From the IMG/VR virus record IMGVR_UViG_3300044780_000058: a stretch of 64,000 bases of DNA; one strand, written 5' to 3'. This DNA is from a virus. The position numbers and the translations under genes are program-made. Shown piece after piece: positions 19,226 through 27,432 of this stretch. The first letter of the stretch is position 1, and every line of letters starts with the position of its first letter. Under the pieces are notes generated by a model. The model was given only the letters and a program-made list of their open reading frames with translations. It was not told the DNA's origin and made no database searches.

Positions 19226-19438
19226 GTGGTGGAACTTGAGCGCATGTACTCCGTGCGGAGCCTGGCGCGGCTGTGGCAGGTCTCGCCGCGCCAAATTCGC
19301 AATCTATTCCGCGATCGCGAGGGCATAGTGAATATCGCGCTCTCGCAAGAGCGGCAGGCCTGGCGCATTCCGGCCTCGCTGGCAATCGAGGTGGCGACTG
19401 AACGTGGCTATCTTCAGCCCGATGGAACTCGTGTATAG
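19226..19438 (+). CDS. Excisionase-like HTH protein
   Basis: YSVRSLARLWQVSPRQIRNLF...WRIP; start may be ATG 19244. Confidence 0.65.
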   Translation: MVELERMYSVRSLARLWQVSPRQIRNLFRDREGIVNIALSQERQAWRIPASLAIEVATERGYLQPDGTRV

Positions 19439-19775
19439 CGACCTCAATCGCTGCGGCCGCTGCGGCCAGCCCACCGGCTGCCTGAGCCTGATCTGCAAGC
19501 CGTGCCTGTACCAGCAGGTCGACAAGGAACTGTTCGACCATCTGGTGGAGGCCGTCCGCGGGCGCATGGGCCTGATGGTGGACCTGGCGCGCGATCGCGG
19601 CGGAGTCTATCACGCGGTGCATCTGCCGCCCGAATATTGGCGGCGCGCCTGGTGCGGCCGGGAGCTGACGCAGCCGCGGCCGAAGCGGAAGCGCGCCGAG
19701 GTGGGTAGGTTCCCCACTGCCGACATGTGTGAGGACTGTCTGCGCGTGTACGCGCGGGTGAAGGAGAGGATCTGA
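19422..19775 (+). CDS. Cys-rich hypothetical protein
   Basis: CGRCG..C..CKPC, H..WCG, CEDC. Confidence 0.55.
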   Translation: MELVYSDLNRCGRCGQPTGCLSLICKPCLYQQVDKELFDHLVEAVRGRMGLMVDLARDRGGVYHAVHLPPEYWRRAWCGRELTQPRPKRKRAEVGRFPTADMCEDCLRVYARVKERI

Positions 19776-19776
19776 A

Positions 19777-19914
19777 ATGCTATCCGCAAAACTCGTGCTG
19801 CTGATTCTGGCGCTGCTGTGCTTCATCCTGCACGCCGCGGAGATCCGGCCGCCGCGGGCCGACATGCAGTCGCTGGGCCTCGCCTTCTGGGTGCTGGCGG
19901 TGCTGGTTGGCTAA
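19777..19914 (+). CDS. Small two-TM membrane protein (not in ORF track)
   Basis: Hand-translated MLSAKLVLLILALLCFILHAAEIRPPRADMQSLGLAFWVLAVLVG; AGGAG upstream. Confidence 0.55.
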   Translation: MLSAKLVLLILALLCFILHAAEIRPPRADMQSLGLAFWVLAVLVG

Positions 19915-19917
19915 GCG

Positions 19918-20127
19918 ATGGCTAACCGGGTCACCGTTATGCTGAACCCGGCAGCCCACTATCGCCTGATGATCGAAGTGGCTCGTCGCCGGGCCAACGG
20001 TGACAAGCAGCGCACCGCGGCCGACGTACTCGAGGCCATGATTCTGAAAGAGCTGCCGCCGGCGCCGGGCGAGGTCGTGCTCAACGGGGCGCCTCGCCGG
20101 CGGCCAGGCAGGCCGAAGAAGAAATGA
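19918..20127 (+). CDS. Small DNA-binding-like protein
   Basis: RHH-like N-terminus, RRPGRPKKK AT-hook-like end. Confidence 0.5.
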   Translation: MANRVTVMLNPAAHYRLMIEVARRRANGDKQRTAADVLEAMILKELPPAPGEVVLNGAPRRRPGRPKKK

Positions 20128-20399
20128 GCCGCTTAGTCGAGTGGAACGGCAAGTATATCCCGCGCTCGTTGATCGAGCCGACGGGGCTGGAGCCGCCGGG
20201 CACGTGTCCGAGCTGCGGTGGCTCGGGGCTGGTGACAGAGCAATGGGACGACGACCGGTTGCCGGTCGCAGTCCGGTGCTGGAGGTGCAGACCACATGAC
20301 AAGGCCGCCGCTGCGCTCCCACGACGAGATTCAACGCGCGCACGACGTAATCGTGGGGCTGATCCTGACGCCACAGGTACGGGAACAGATAGTCGATGA
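20124..20399 (+). CDS. Hypothetical zinc-finger protein
   Basis: CPSCGGSG...CWRC. Confidence 0.45.
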   Translation: MSRLVEWNGKYIPRSLIEPTGLEPPGTCPSCGGSGLVTEQWDDDRLPVAVRCWRCRPHDKAAAALPRRDSTRARRNRGADPDATGTGTDSR

Positions 20400-20562
20400 G
20401 GACAAAGCATTCCACCTCGAGATCTGTGCCAACGTGCTGTGCTGGGTGCTGCACCACGACCACAACGTCAACTTTGCGACGAATCTGCGCGATGTGGAGT
20501 GCCTGCTGCGTGATCTGGGTATTGATGTAGAGGAGCACAATGGAACGCATTCCGAACGGTGA
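20296..20562 (+). CDS. Hypothetical protein
   Basis: 88 aa; LCWVL.H motif. Confidence 0.5.
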   Translation: MTRPPLRSHDEIQRAHDVIVGLILTPQVREQIVDEDKAFHLEICANVLCWVLHHDHNVNFATNLRDVECLLRDLGIDVEEHNGTHSER

Positions 20563-20761
20563 GTGGGCCGCCCACATGGCGGTGCTCGCGGTCATGCGCG
20601 ACCTGAACCTGTCGGTCTTCGACAAGGTGGACGCGATGAGCCGCATCATCGACACGGTCACGAGCGCGTGCGAGCAGCTGCGCGCTGATCTGAACCGCGC
20701 CGCCATCGAGCGGCGAGAGGAGCCTCAATGGAGAGCAGCACCACGTTGCGACCTGAGCTGA
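20540..20761 (+). CDS. Hypothetical protein
   Basis: 73 aa, GAGGAG RBS. Confidence 0.45.
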   Translation: MERIPNGEWAAHMAVLAVMRDLNLSVFDKVDAMSRIIDTVTSACEQLRADLNRAAIERREEPQWRAAPRCDLS

Positions 20762-21384
20762 AGGACCTGCCGGCGCGCATGAAGCGGCTACCGATCGACC
20801 CGCGCGGGTATCCGATACCTGAGTTCGTCGACACGATCGATGGCCAGCGCGATTTCCGCTTCATGAACCAGGAGCACTGGATCAACTGCGTGAAACATCG
20901 CAAGTGCTGGGTATGCGGCGACCAGCTGGGGTCGTACATGGCGTTTGTAATCGGCCCCATGTGCGCCATCTCGCGGACGACTTCAGAGCCGCCGTGCCAT
21001 CTCGACTGCGCCGAGTGGAGCGCAAAATTCTGCCCGTTCCTGAGTCGGCCGCACATGCATCGCCGCGAAGATGAGCTCACCGACGTCGCCCAGGAGAACG
21101 TGGCCGGCTGCCCCATCCTGCGCAACCCGGGCGTAGCCTGCGTTTGGGTCACGCATAAATTCAAGGTGTTTTACGACGACCGCGGCAAGCCGCTGATTGA
21201 GGTTGGCGATGCCGATAACGTGCTCTGGTTCGCCGAGGGGCGCGCGGCGACACGGGCTGAGGTCGCAGAATCGATCCGCACCGGTCTGCCGCTGCTCGAA
21301 GAGATGGCTGTCGAGCCGGGCGCGAAAGAGGAGCTGCACCGAGGCCTGCTCGCGGTCGAGGCCTGGCTGCCGCGGAGGAAGTGA
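20728..21384 (+). CDS. Conserved phage Cys/His hypothetical protein
   Basis: RGYPIP.F, CWVCG..L, FVIGPMC, EPPCH..CA..S...CPFL. Confidence 0.7.
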   Translation: MESSTTLRPELKDLPARMKRLPIDPRGYPIPEFVDTIDGQRDFRFMNQEHWINCVKHRKCWVCGDQLGSYMAFVIGPMCAISRTTSEPPCHLDCAEWSAKFCPFLSRPHMHRREDELTDVAQENVAGCPILRNPGVACVWVTHKFKVFYDDRGKPLIEVGDADNVLWFAEGRAATRAEVAESIRTGLPLLEEMAVEPGAKEELHRGLLAVEAWLPRRK

Positions 21385-21656
21385 TGAGCGAGCAGCAGGA
21401 AAACCTGGACCGGGTCAGTGAGCGCATCGGCCCTGCCGTGATGGCGTTCTCTGCCCTGGTCCTGGGTAAGGACTTTTTCGCGGATGACCTGAGGCGCTAC
21501 GTGGGCGAACAGGTGGGCGTGGTGGCGCCGGGCTCGCCCGATCGCATCCTGCGGCAGCTGCGACAGAAGCGCCGGCTGGGATACAAAGTGATATCCCGCA
21601 GCGAGTCGATTTACCGGATGCTCTGGGTGGGGGAAGAGCCGATAGTGGCTATGTAA
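21381..21656 (+). CDS. Hypothetical protein, possible winged helix
   Basis: SPDRILRQLR...LGYKVISR. Confidence 0.55.
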   Translation: MMSEQQENLDRVSERIGPAVMAFSALVLGKDFFADDLRRYVGEQVGVVAPGSPDRILRQLRQKRRLGYKVISRSESIYRMLWVGEEPIVAM

Positions 21657-21700
21657 GCTCTTACCTGCAATAGAAAGTGGCCATGTAAGCTGTTACCTGC
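21644..21700. repeat. Two 25-bp direct repeats with palindromic core (operator-like)
   Basis: AGTGGCTATGTAAGCTCTTACCTGC (21644-21668) and AGTGGCCATGTAAGCTGTTACCTGC (21676-21700). Confidence 0.75.
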
Positions 21701-21722
21701 GATATTCGAGGGAGGTTGGGTA

Positions 21723-22007
21723 ATGTCCGACGAAAATCAAGGTAATGTCCGACAACGACCCATCCTGGTCGCCATGCGCGTGGTCAACCTGCGGGTGACG
21801 CACCCGCGGGCGGACTACTCCCACACCTGCGATCGCTGCCGGGAGCCTATCTGCCTGTTCCCGTCGGGCCAGCGCATTCTGCGCGAAAACCCGGGGATCC
21901 AGAAGCTCTGCGACGTGTGTGTGGCGCCCGAGGTCGCCATCATCGGCATCGTTCCGCCCGAGGTGGAGCAGGAGTGGCACGAAGCGGTGCCGGTGAAGAA
22001 GGCATAA
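21723..22007 (+). CDS. Cys-containing hypothetical protein
   Basis: CDRC..LCDVC; GGAGG RBS. Confidence 0.55.
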   Translation: MSDENQGNVRQRPILVAMRVVNLRVTHPRADYSHTCDRCREPICLFPSGQRILRENPGIQKLCDVCVAPEVAIIGIVPPEVEQEWHEAVPVKKA

Positions 22008-22258
22008 TGCGCTGGATCGCTCCCGTAGGGCTCGGGCTACGTCGCGCCAGGCTACGTCGCTGGCCCGCGCACTACTACCCGGCCGACTCGCCCGTGGCGC
22101 TTTGCGGCCGCAAGTGGCCGCCATCCGTCTGGTGGGTGTCTGTGCTGGCGCCTGAGGGCTACTGCTCTGAGGGCTACTGCCCGAGCTGTATGCTGGCTTA
22201 TATTGCGCAATCGCGCACTAACGTAGGAGAGGGCCAGGGATCCCGTGAGGAGGGCTAA
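22007..22258 (+). CDS. Hypothetical protein
   Basis: TAATG overlap; H..ALCG..CPSC. Confidence 0.45.
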   Translation: MRWIAPVGLGLRRARLRRWPAHYYPADSPVALCGRKWPPSVWWVSVLAPEGYCSEGYCPSCMLAYIAQSRTNVGEGQGSREEG

Positions 22259-22267
22259 GAAGTTTAT

Positions 22268-22483
22268 ATGCCTCCTAAAAAAGACCCGACGCATTTGGGC
22301 CCGCGCGAATTGCAGTTGGTCGAGCTGATCCGGCAGGGGCTAACAAACAAGGAAATCGCGTACGAGATGGCGTTAACGCAAGGCAGCGTCAAGGAGTACA
22401 TCCACCGCATTTTCGAAAAGCTGCACGTGCGCAACCGGACGGCGCTGGCGATGTGGAGTCAAAATCACACCTCAATCTCGTAG
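22268..22483 (+). CDS. LuxR-type HTH regulator (stand-alone)
   Basis: LGPRELQLVELIRQGLTNKEIAYEMALTQGSVKEYIHRIFEKL.VRNR. Confidence 0.85.
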   Translation: MPPKKDPTHLGPRELQLVELIRQGLTNKEIAYEMALTQGSVKEYIHRIFEKLHVRNRTALAMWSQNHTSIS

Positions 22484-22710
22484 TCGTCACCGAACAGGCT
22501 GCGCACGGTCTCGCTGTCGTAGTCGACGGAGAGCGGCAGAGCGTTCAGGAACCCTCCGCTTGATTTTGGTACGAGGCCTCCACTGTCCACCATCAGCAGC
22601 ACCGAGGACGGGTTCCCGGCCGATGCCAGTACCACGGTGGCGTAGCACCACTCCTGGTCGGCCGCGGCCAGCCGCACGCGCACAAATTGTCCTCTGGTTA
22701 GTCTCGGCAA
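22465..22710 (-). CDS. Hypothetical protein (SH3/Tudor-like beta fold possible)
   Basis: 81 aa, GQFVRV...W..ATV. Confidence 0.4.
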   Translation of the reverse strand: MPRLTRGQFVRVRLAAADQEWCYATVVLASAGNPSSVLLMVDSGGLVPKSSGGFLNALPLSVDYDSETVRSLFGDDYEIEV

Positions 22711-22990
22711 TTCCCAGCCCCAGGCTCACCCGGTGAGCCACCCCAGGTGATAGACTCACGCTGTGTGTGCGTTTCTTTACGGGGCCGCTCCCGTTAGTGC
22801 TTTGGAGCGATGGGGCGGCCCGCATTCGCTACTGCTTAGGCCCGACAGGGGCTCTCTGTAGAGACCGCCGCTCCTCTCTCCATTTCCGCAGGCCGTAGAC
22901 GATGGCGCCGATATTCTCCTGGGGCATTTGGACGACGTCGGTGAGGTACTGCCACATCGTGAACTACCGTCGCGTGAACGCGACGGCTTC

Positions 22991-24115
22991 TCAGGAAACG
23001 CATGAGACTACCACCTCTACGTTGGCTCCTGAAGGCCGGGTCCCGGCCCTGGAAAGAATTACTTGAGCACTGACATGATCGCGACCAGCAGACAAACCGC
23101 AAGCGGGGCAATCGTGCCAGCGATCCGCGAGAGTCTTGGGCACGGACGCTCCACACGTGCATGTCTGCGATGTTCCGCGCGGGTCCACTTTCACCAGCTC
23201 CCGACCGGCGCATTCTGCCTTGTACGAGAGCATCGCGATGAATTGGGACCATCCGGCATCGTGAACGGACTTTGCCAGCATTCCGGCGCTCAGCCCCTTC
23301 ACGTTCAAATCCTCCACGGCAATCACGCCAAAGTGATCCACCAGCCAGCGGCTGAGATCGTGGTGAAAGTTCGCGCGTTGGTTCCGCAGGTGAACATGAG
23401 CGCGTTGGAGCAACCGCACGGCCTTGCGCCTTCGGTTGCCGCCCTTCTTGCGCCGCGCCACTTTCCGCTGGCATCGGCGCAGCCGGGCTTCGGCATTCCG
23501 GTAGTGCCGGGGATTCGGGATCTCCGTGCCGTCAGCCAACACGGCGAAGCTGTTCAGGCCAACATCGATCCCCGTGGCGCGGTTGCTGGCGGGAAGCGGC
23601 TGGCCGTTTCGCTCGACGCTGAAACAAACGAACCAGCGGGCCGCCTCGCGTTTGATTGTGACGGTCTTGATCTCGCCTTCGACCGGCCGGTGCATCTTGA
23701 CCTTGATGTGTCCCGCGCCCTGGATGCGGAGCTTGCCGTTATCGAGCAGACGGCAGCCGTCGCCGTACGAGGGGAACGTGATGCTGTCGTATCGGCGCGA
23801 CGAGCGGTAACGCGGAAAGCCCGGCTTCTCGCCCCGCTTCACGCGGGCGAAGAACGCTTTGTACGTCTTGTCCACGCGGCGGAGCACATCCTGGCAGCAG
23901 GAGAAGTTGGTCAACGTCAGGCACCCATCGGCCCGCATCGCTTTCAACTGATTCGCCTGGTCGTAATAGTTGATCGACTTGCGGCACGTCTTCCAGGCGT
24001 CATCGCGCTCCTGCTTCGCCGCATTGTAGAGCGAGCATGCCTCGCGCAGTTCGTTGTCCAGGAAAGCAGCCTGCGCCTTGGTGGGGTAGATGCGATATTT
24101 GAAAGCAAAGCGCAT
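22991..24115 (-). CDS. tnpB: RNA-guided endonuclease TnpB
   Basis: FKYRIYPT, GIDVG, VEDL, CxC..CPAC, RDHVSA; RuvC D/E/D present. Confidence 0.92.
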   Translation of the reverse strand: MRFAFKYRIYPTKAQAAFLDNELREACSLYNAAKQERDDAWKTCRKSINYYDQANQLKAMRADGCLTLTNFSCCQDVLRRVDKTYKAFFARVKRGEKPGFPRYRSSRRYDSITFPSYGDGCRLLDNGKLRIQGAGHIKVKMHRPVEGEIKTVTIKREAARWFVCFSVERNGQPLPASNRATGIDVGLNSFAVLADGTEIPNPRHYRNAEARLRRCQRKVARRKKGGNRRRKAVRLLQRAHVHLRNQRANFHHDLSRWLVDHFGVIAVEDLNVKGLSAGMLAKSVHDAGWSQFIAMLSYKAECAGRELVKVDPRGTSQTCTCGASVPKTLADRWHDCPACGLSAGRDHVSAQVILSRAGTRPSGANVEVVVSCVS

Positions 24116-24514
24116 CTACTTCCCCTTTTGCCCTTCGATATATTTGCGCACCACCGCTTCGCTCACCGATCCCACCGAACCGGCATAGTAGCTGCGACTC
24201 CAGAGAGTAGGCAGGCGCGATTGCAGAAACGGGAACTCTTCGCGCAACGTGTGCGAGGTGAAGCCCTTCAGGCGATTTACGATCTCGGCCACGCACATCG
24301 TAGGGTCGGATTCGATAAACAAGTGAACATGATCCGGCATGACCTCCAGCGTGTGAATCGTCATGCCCAACTCTTCCGCTTTGGTCTGAAGCAGCGTCTT
24401 CAGGCGGCGGTCCACTGGCTTGCCCAATACGGGGCGGCGGTACTTCGGGCACCACACGATGTGATACTTCAGGCTGAAAACAGAGCCCGCGTTTTTCGCG
24501 TATCTTTCGCTCAC
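24116..24514 (-). CDS. tnpA: Y1 HUH transposase
   Basis: YHIVWCPKYRR, MPDHVH HUH, LWSRSYY, VRKYIEGQ. Confidence 0.93.
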   Translation of the reverse strand: MSERYAKNAGSVFSLKYHIVWCPKYRRPVLGKPVDRRLKTLLQTKAEELGMTIHTLEVMPDHVHLFIESDPTMCVAEIVNRLKGFTSHTLREEFPFLQSRLPTLWSRSYYAGSVGSVSEAVVRKYIEGQKGK

Positions 24515-24636
24515 TACGTAGATTATGTAGTCGGCGGCAACCTAATCCAAGGTTCAAACTGGGGCGGCGGTACTTCCAGTACCGCAAGCCTCTTCCGCTG
24601 TCGCCTGAAGGCGACAGTCCCCGAGGCTTAACTTCT

Positions 24637-24768
24637 ATGGCTGACGGTGCTCTCCACCCAGATGTTGTCCTCCGGCGGCTCGATCAGCCGGTGTACGTCG
24701 CGTATGAAGTCTTCGCGGGATGGCCCGGGCTTGGGCATCCACTTCTGAATGAATTCGTTGGCTGTCAT
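24637..24768 (-). pseudogene. 5' part of a gene interrupted by the IS605 element
   Basis: MTANEFIQKWMPK...STVSH runs into the IS left end and stops two codons later; 3' remainder at about 22829-22958. Confidence 0.45.
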
Positions 24769-24795
24769 CTCTCGCTAATTCTCGCTAATTCTCGG
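24769..24795. repeat. Tandem CTCGCTAATT repeat in divergent promoter region
   Basis: CTCTCGCTAATTCTCGCTAATTCTCGG. Confidence 0.6.
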
Positions 24796-24962
24796 AACCC
24801 TGTATTTGTTGGGTTTTCGTTGCGGGAATTTCCCTGAGAATCGCTACCAGCGTAATCCTGCCAATCGCGCCATGGCGCAATGTGACGGCACGATCGGTTA
24901 GTTTAAAGACAAATTCACGTTTTAAATAGCGTTATTGCGGGTCGCCGTGCCATTATGCCGTC

Positions 24963-25529
24963 ATGGCAGAATCCTACGACGCGTGGCTCCCCATGGGTGA
25001 TGTTGTCATCCAGACAGGAATGTCAGAACGCACGATCTATCGGTACATCACAGAAGGCAAGATCAGGCAGGCGCAGCGGCCGCTGCCTGGTCGCAAGCCG
25101 TTGACAGTCTTACATCCTGACGATATTGCCGCGGTGACGGCAACGCGCGTCAGGAATCAAATGCAGATCCTGCCGCCAGCGGCGGAGTCCGTCAAGATGG
25201 CGGTGGCGGAATCTGTCAGAGAGGCGCTGCTCGAGCGGGCTATTCCGCCAGCGGCAGAACCGAAATTACTGGAGGCGCCCGCGGGCGATCCTGCCAACTC
25301 TGACAATGGCGCAATGCGGCGGCAGGATTGGCCGCTGCCGATCATGCTCACCGAGGACGAGGCGGTTTTCTACACCGGCGCCGGGATCAGCTTCCTGCGT
25401 CGTGCGGTGCACTGGCGCCGCGTCGGCCCGCGCGGAGCGTACGTCTGTCTGCGTATTCACCTCGACGCACTTGTTAATATTTTCGGAGATGACCATGACA
25501 CTCAAGGAAGCAGCACTCGCGAATCTTAA
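24963..25529 (+). CDS. HTH (MerR/excisionase-like) DNA-binding protein
   Basis: WLPMGDVVIQTGMSERTIYRYITEGKI N-terminal HTH; second HTH-like segment LTEDEAVFYTG. Confidence 0.7.
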   Translation: MAESYDAWLPMGDVVIQTGMSERTIYRYITEGKIRQAQRPLPGRKPLTVLHPDDIAAVTATRVRNQMQILPPAAESVKMAVAESVREALLERAIPPAAEPKLLEAPAGDPANSDNGAMRRQDWPLPIMLTEDEAVFYTGAGISFLRRAVHWRRVGPRGAYVCLRIHLDALVNIFGDDHDTQGSSTRES

Positions 25530-25902
25530 GCCGAAGAACGGCGGCCAGGCCGCCGCGCCGCAGCAGCCCAAGCACCCGACGACCGCACAACCGTACCCGA
25601 ACGCCAAGCCGCGGCCGCCGATGGGAGAACCGGCCACAGCGCGGCTGACCGAGCCCGATATATCCGTCTACAACAAATCCCGGTCAGAACAGTGGCCGAT
25701 CACGATCGTGCTCGTGAACGGCCAGAGCATCACCGGCCCGGTGTCCAGGTTCGGCCGCTACACCGTCGCTGTGCGCGTCGGCGACGTGATCCGCATGGTC
25801 TACAAGACCTCCATCGCGTACATCGAGTTCTCGACAGAGGTGAACTTCAGAGGCTATGGGTTTGTCACGGAAGCAACGGTCTTAGAACAGGCAGCCATAT
25901 AA
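25495..25902 (+). CDS. Hfq-like Sm-fold RNA chaperone with disordered N-terminal extension
   Basis: YNKSRSEQWPITIVLVNGQSITGPVSRFGRYTVAV...MVYKTSI aligns by eye to Hfq [35 protein letters not shown]...MVYKHAI. Confidence 0.75.
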   Translation: MTLKEAALANLKPKNGGQAAAPQQPKHPTTAQPYPNAKPRPPMGEPATARLTEPDISVYNKSRSEQWPITIVLVNGQSITGPVSRFGRYTVAVRVGDVIRMVYKTSIAYIEFSTEVNFRGYGFVTEATVLEQAAI

Positions 25903-25956
25903 AACCGTGTAACGTCTTTTTTGTCGGGAAGGAATGAAGTAGCCTAGAAAAGCGAA

Positions 25957-25978
25957 AGCCCCGATCGAGAGTCGGGGC
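25957..25978. promoter_or_regulatory. Hairpin between hfq-like and rep genes
   Basis: GCCCCGA-TCGAGAG-TCGGGGC inverted repeat. Confidence 0.45.
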
Positions 25979-26003
25979 CAACGCACTTACGAAAGGCTAA
26001 ACG

Positions 26004-26873
26004 ATGCGCGCCAATGCACCGTACACGACTACTTTACCCGAAACGCGCTCACGAGCGCAAGTGAAAAACACAACCGAAATCACGTGCGCACGTCGCCGCG
26101 CCGAGGCACGCATGCGCGTGGTGTACGACCCCAGACTGTGTGATGGGTGCGTACGGTACTACATGATCGCCGATGACAACGCTGGCCAGAGCGGCGTCAC
26201 GTGGACCTCGCAGGACACGATGGCGGGCCGTCTGCGCAAGAGCACCCGGCAGGTGCGGCGCTACGAGGCGGCGCTCGAAGAATGCGGCTACCTCACCCCG
26301 CGGCGCGGCCAATATGGCATCGAGTGGGTCCTCACCTGGTCGATCGAGCCGGCGCCCGAGCCAGAGCCCGAGGGCGGACGCCAGCCCGGACATGATACCG
26401 AATCCGAGGATAGGGAAGAGCCCGAGAGCGGGCACCCGCCCGGACATGATGCCGGACAAAATTGTCCACCCCTACCTCTTTTAGAACCTGGTGAACCTAG
26501 AGAACCTACGTCGTCGTCGGCAGTAGTAGACGTGTGTAGAGAGCAGGGCATCCTGCTCGACGACGACGCTGCCCGCCTCATTGTTCGGCGCTGCCGCTCT
26601 CAGGACCCGGCCGCGTCCGATGAGGAGGTGGCGTTCTTTACAAAAGCGAAGCTGCTCCAGCTACGCGGGCGGCGGAATATCGGGAACATGGTAGGTCTGC
26701 TCATCACCGCGGTGCCGGCGTACTTCGCTGGTGCGCGTACCGAGGTCGTACGCTACCGGCGCGTGAAAGCCGCGGAACACAGGCAGGCCGAAGCCGTCGC
26801 CCGAGAGATCCTCAACGACCCTGACGCATCCGAGGAGGAGAAACTGTGGGCACGATCACAACTGGCGGCCTAA
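26004..26873 (+). CDS. Replication initiator-like protein (N-terminal wHTH, lambda O-type layout)
   Basis: TWTSQDTMAGRLRKSTRQVRRYEAALEECGYL; low-complexity middle carrying DNA repeats; C-terminal helical domain. Confidence 0.65.
   Translation: MRANAPYTTTLPETRSRAQVKNTTEITCARRRAEARMRVVYDPRLCDGCVRYYMIADDNAGQSGVTWTSQDTMAGRLRKSTRQVRRYEAALEECGYLTPRRGQYGIEWVLTWSIEPAPEPEPEGGRQPGHDTESEDREEPESGHPPGHDAGQNCPPLPLLEPGEPREPTSSSAVVDVCREQGILLDDDAARLIVRRCRSQDPAASDEEVAFFTKAKLLQLRGRRNIGNMVGLLITAVPAYFAGARTEVVRYRRVKAAEHRQAEAVAREILNDPDASEEEKLWARSQLAA
26385..26467. repeat. Iteron-like repeats inside rep gene
   Basis: CCCGGACATGATACCG (26385), CCCGGACATGATGCCG (26439), GGACAAAATTGTCC palindrome (26454-26467). Confidence 0.65.
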
Positions 26874-27050
26874 GGCTTCCGGCGCCTCCCGCTCTTCGTC
26901 GCACTCCGCGCACCCGGGGCAGAGCTGCTGGCCGCCGCACAGGCACACGCAGGACTCGCCACCGCAGCCGTCGCAGATCAGCAGGCCCGAGCCGCCGCAG
27001 GAGCGCGGCCACTCGCACAGGCAGGTCGGAGAGGCGGGCCGGATTTTCAT
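26856..27050 (-). CDS. Cys-rich small protein
   Basis: 64 aa with about 10 Cys (CLC..C..CDGC..CVCLC..CPGC..C); AGGAG RBS. Confidence 0.55.
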   Translation of the reverse strand: MKIRPASPTCLCEWPRSCGGSGLLICDGCGGESCVCLCGGQQLCPGCAECDEEREAPEALGRQL

Positions 27051-27103
27051 ACACTCCTGCTACTCTGTAAGCAGCCGGTAACCAACCGGCAGGAGAATCA
27101 ACT

Positions 27104-27346
27104 TTGAACACCCCTCAGATCTGGCAGGCGATCGCGGCCGTTATCGCTGCGTTCGCCGCACTCACCGCGGCGCTCTACGGCGTCGTAACGCGCCCCATGA
27201 TGGCTGCGATGGCAGGCATGCAGACGTCGATCCAGGCGCAGCTGAACGATATCGTCGCCCGCCTGGGGCGCATCGAATCGAAACTGGATAACCACGAGCA
27301 ACGCATCACCCGGCTCGAAGAACGCACATCGCCGATTCGTCACTAA
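27104..27346 (+). CDS. Single-TM plus coiled-coil small protein
   Basis: Hydrophobic N-terminus; LGRIESKLDNHEQRITRLEE. Confidence 0.6.
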   Translation: MNTPQIWQAIAAVIAAFAALTAALYGVVTRPMMAAMAGMQTSIQAQLNDIVARLGRIESKLDNHEQRITRLEERTSPIRH

Positions 27347-27432
27347 GGGCTCCGCAGTGCATCTCCGCGCTCGCGGAGCGTTGTCGGGGTGGTACCCGAT
27401 CAAGCGGCGGGCGGTACGACAAGTCGCCTGCC

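Larger units (their letters stand above)
22959..24636 (-). mobile_element. IS200/IS605-family element (tnpA + tnpB)
   Basis: On the minus strand: target CCAT then AGAA left end, LE hairpin CTGTCGCC-TTCA-GGCGACAG, RE hairpin CCGTCGCG-TTCA-CGCGACGG ending GTAGTTCAC. Confidence 0.85.

Noticed and set aside
22168-22198. CTGAGGGCTACTGC tandem duplication
   Set aside because: Simple in-frame slippage duplication (EGYC twice) in a small ORF; no further structure
24637-24768. MTANEFIQKW as the start of an MmeI-type restriction-modification enzyme
   Set aside because: Resemblance limited to a few residues; the reconstructed ORF is far too short
19226-25529. Excisionase-like genes as evidence of an integration module
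   Set aside because: No tyrosine or large serine integrase and no att site recognised in the window
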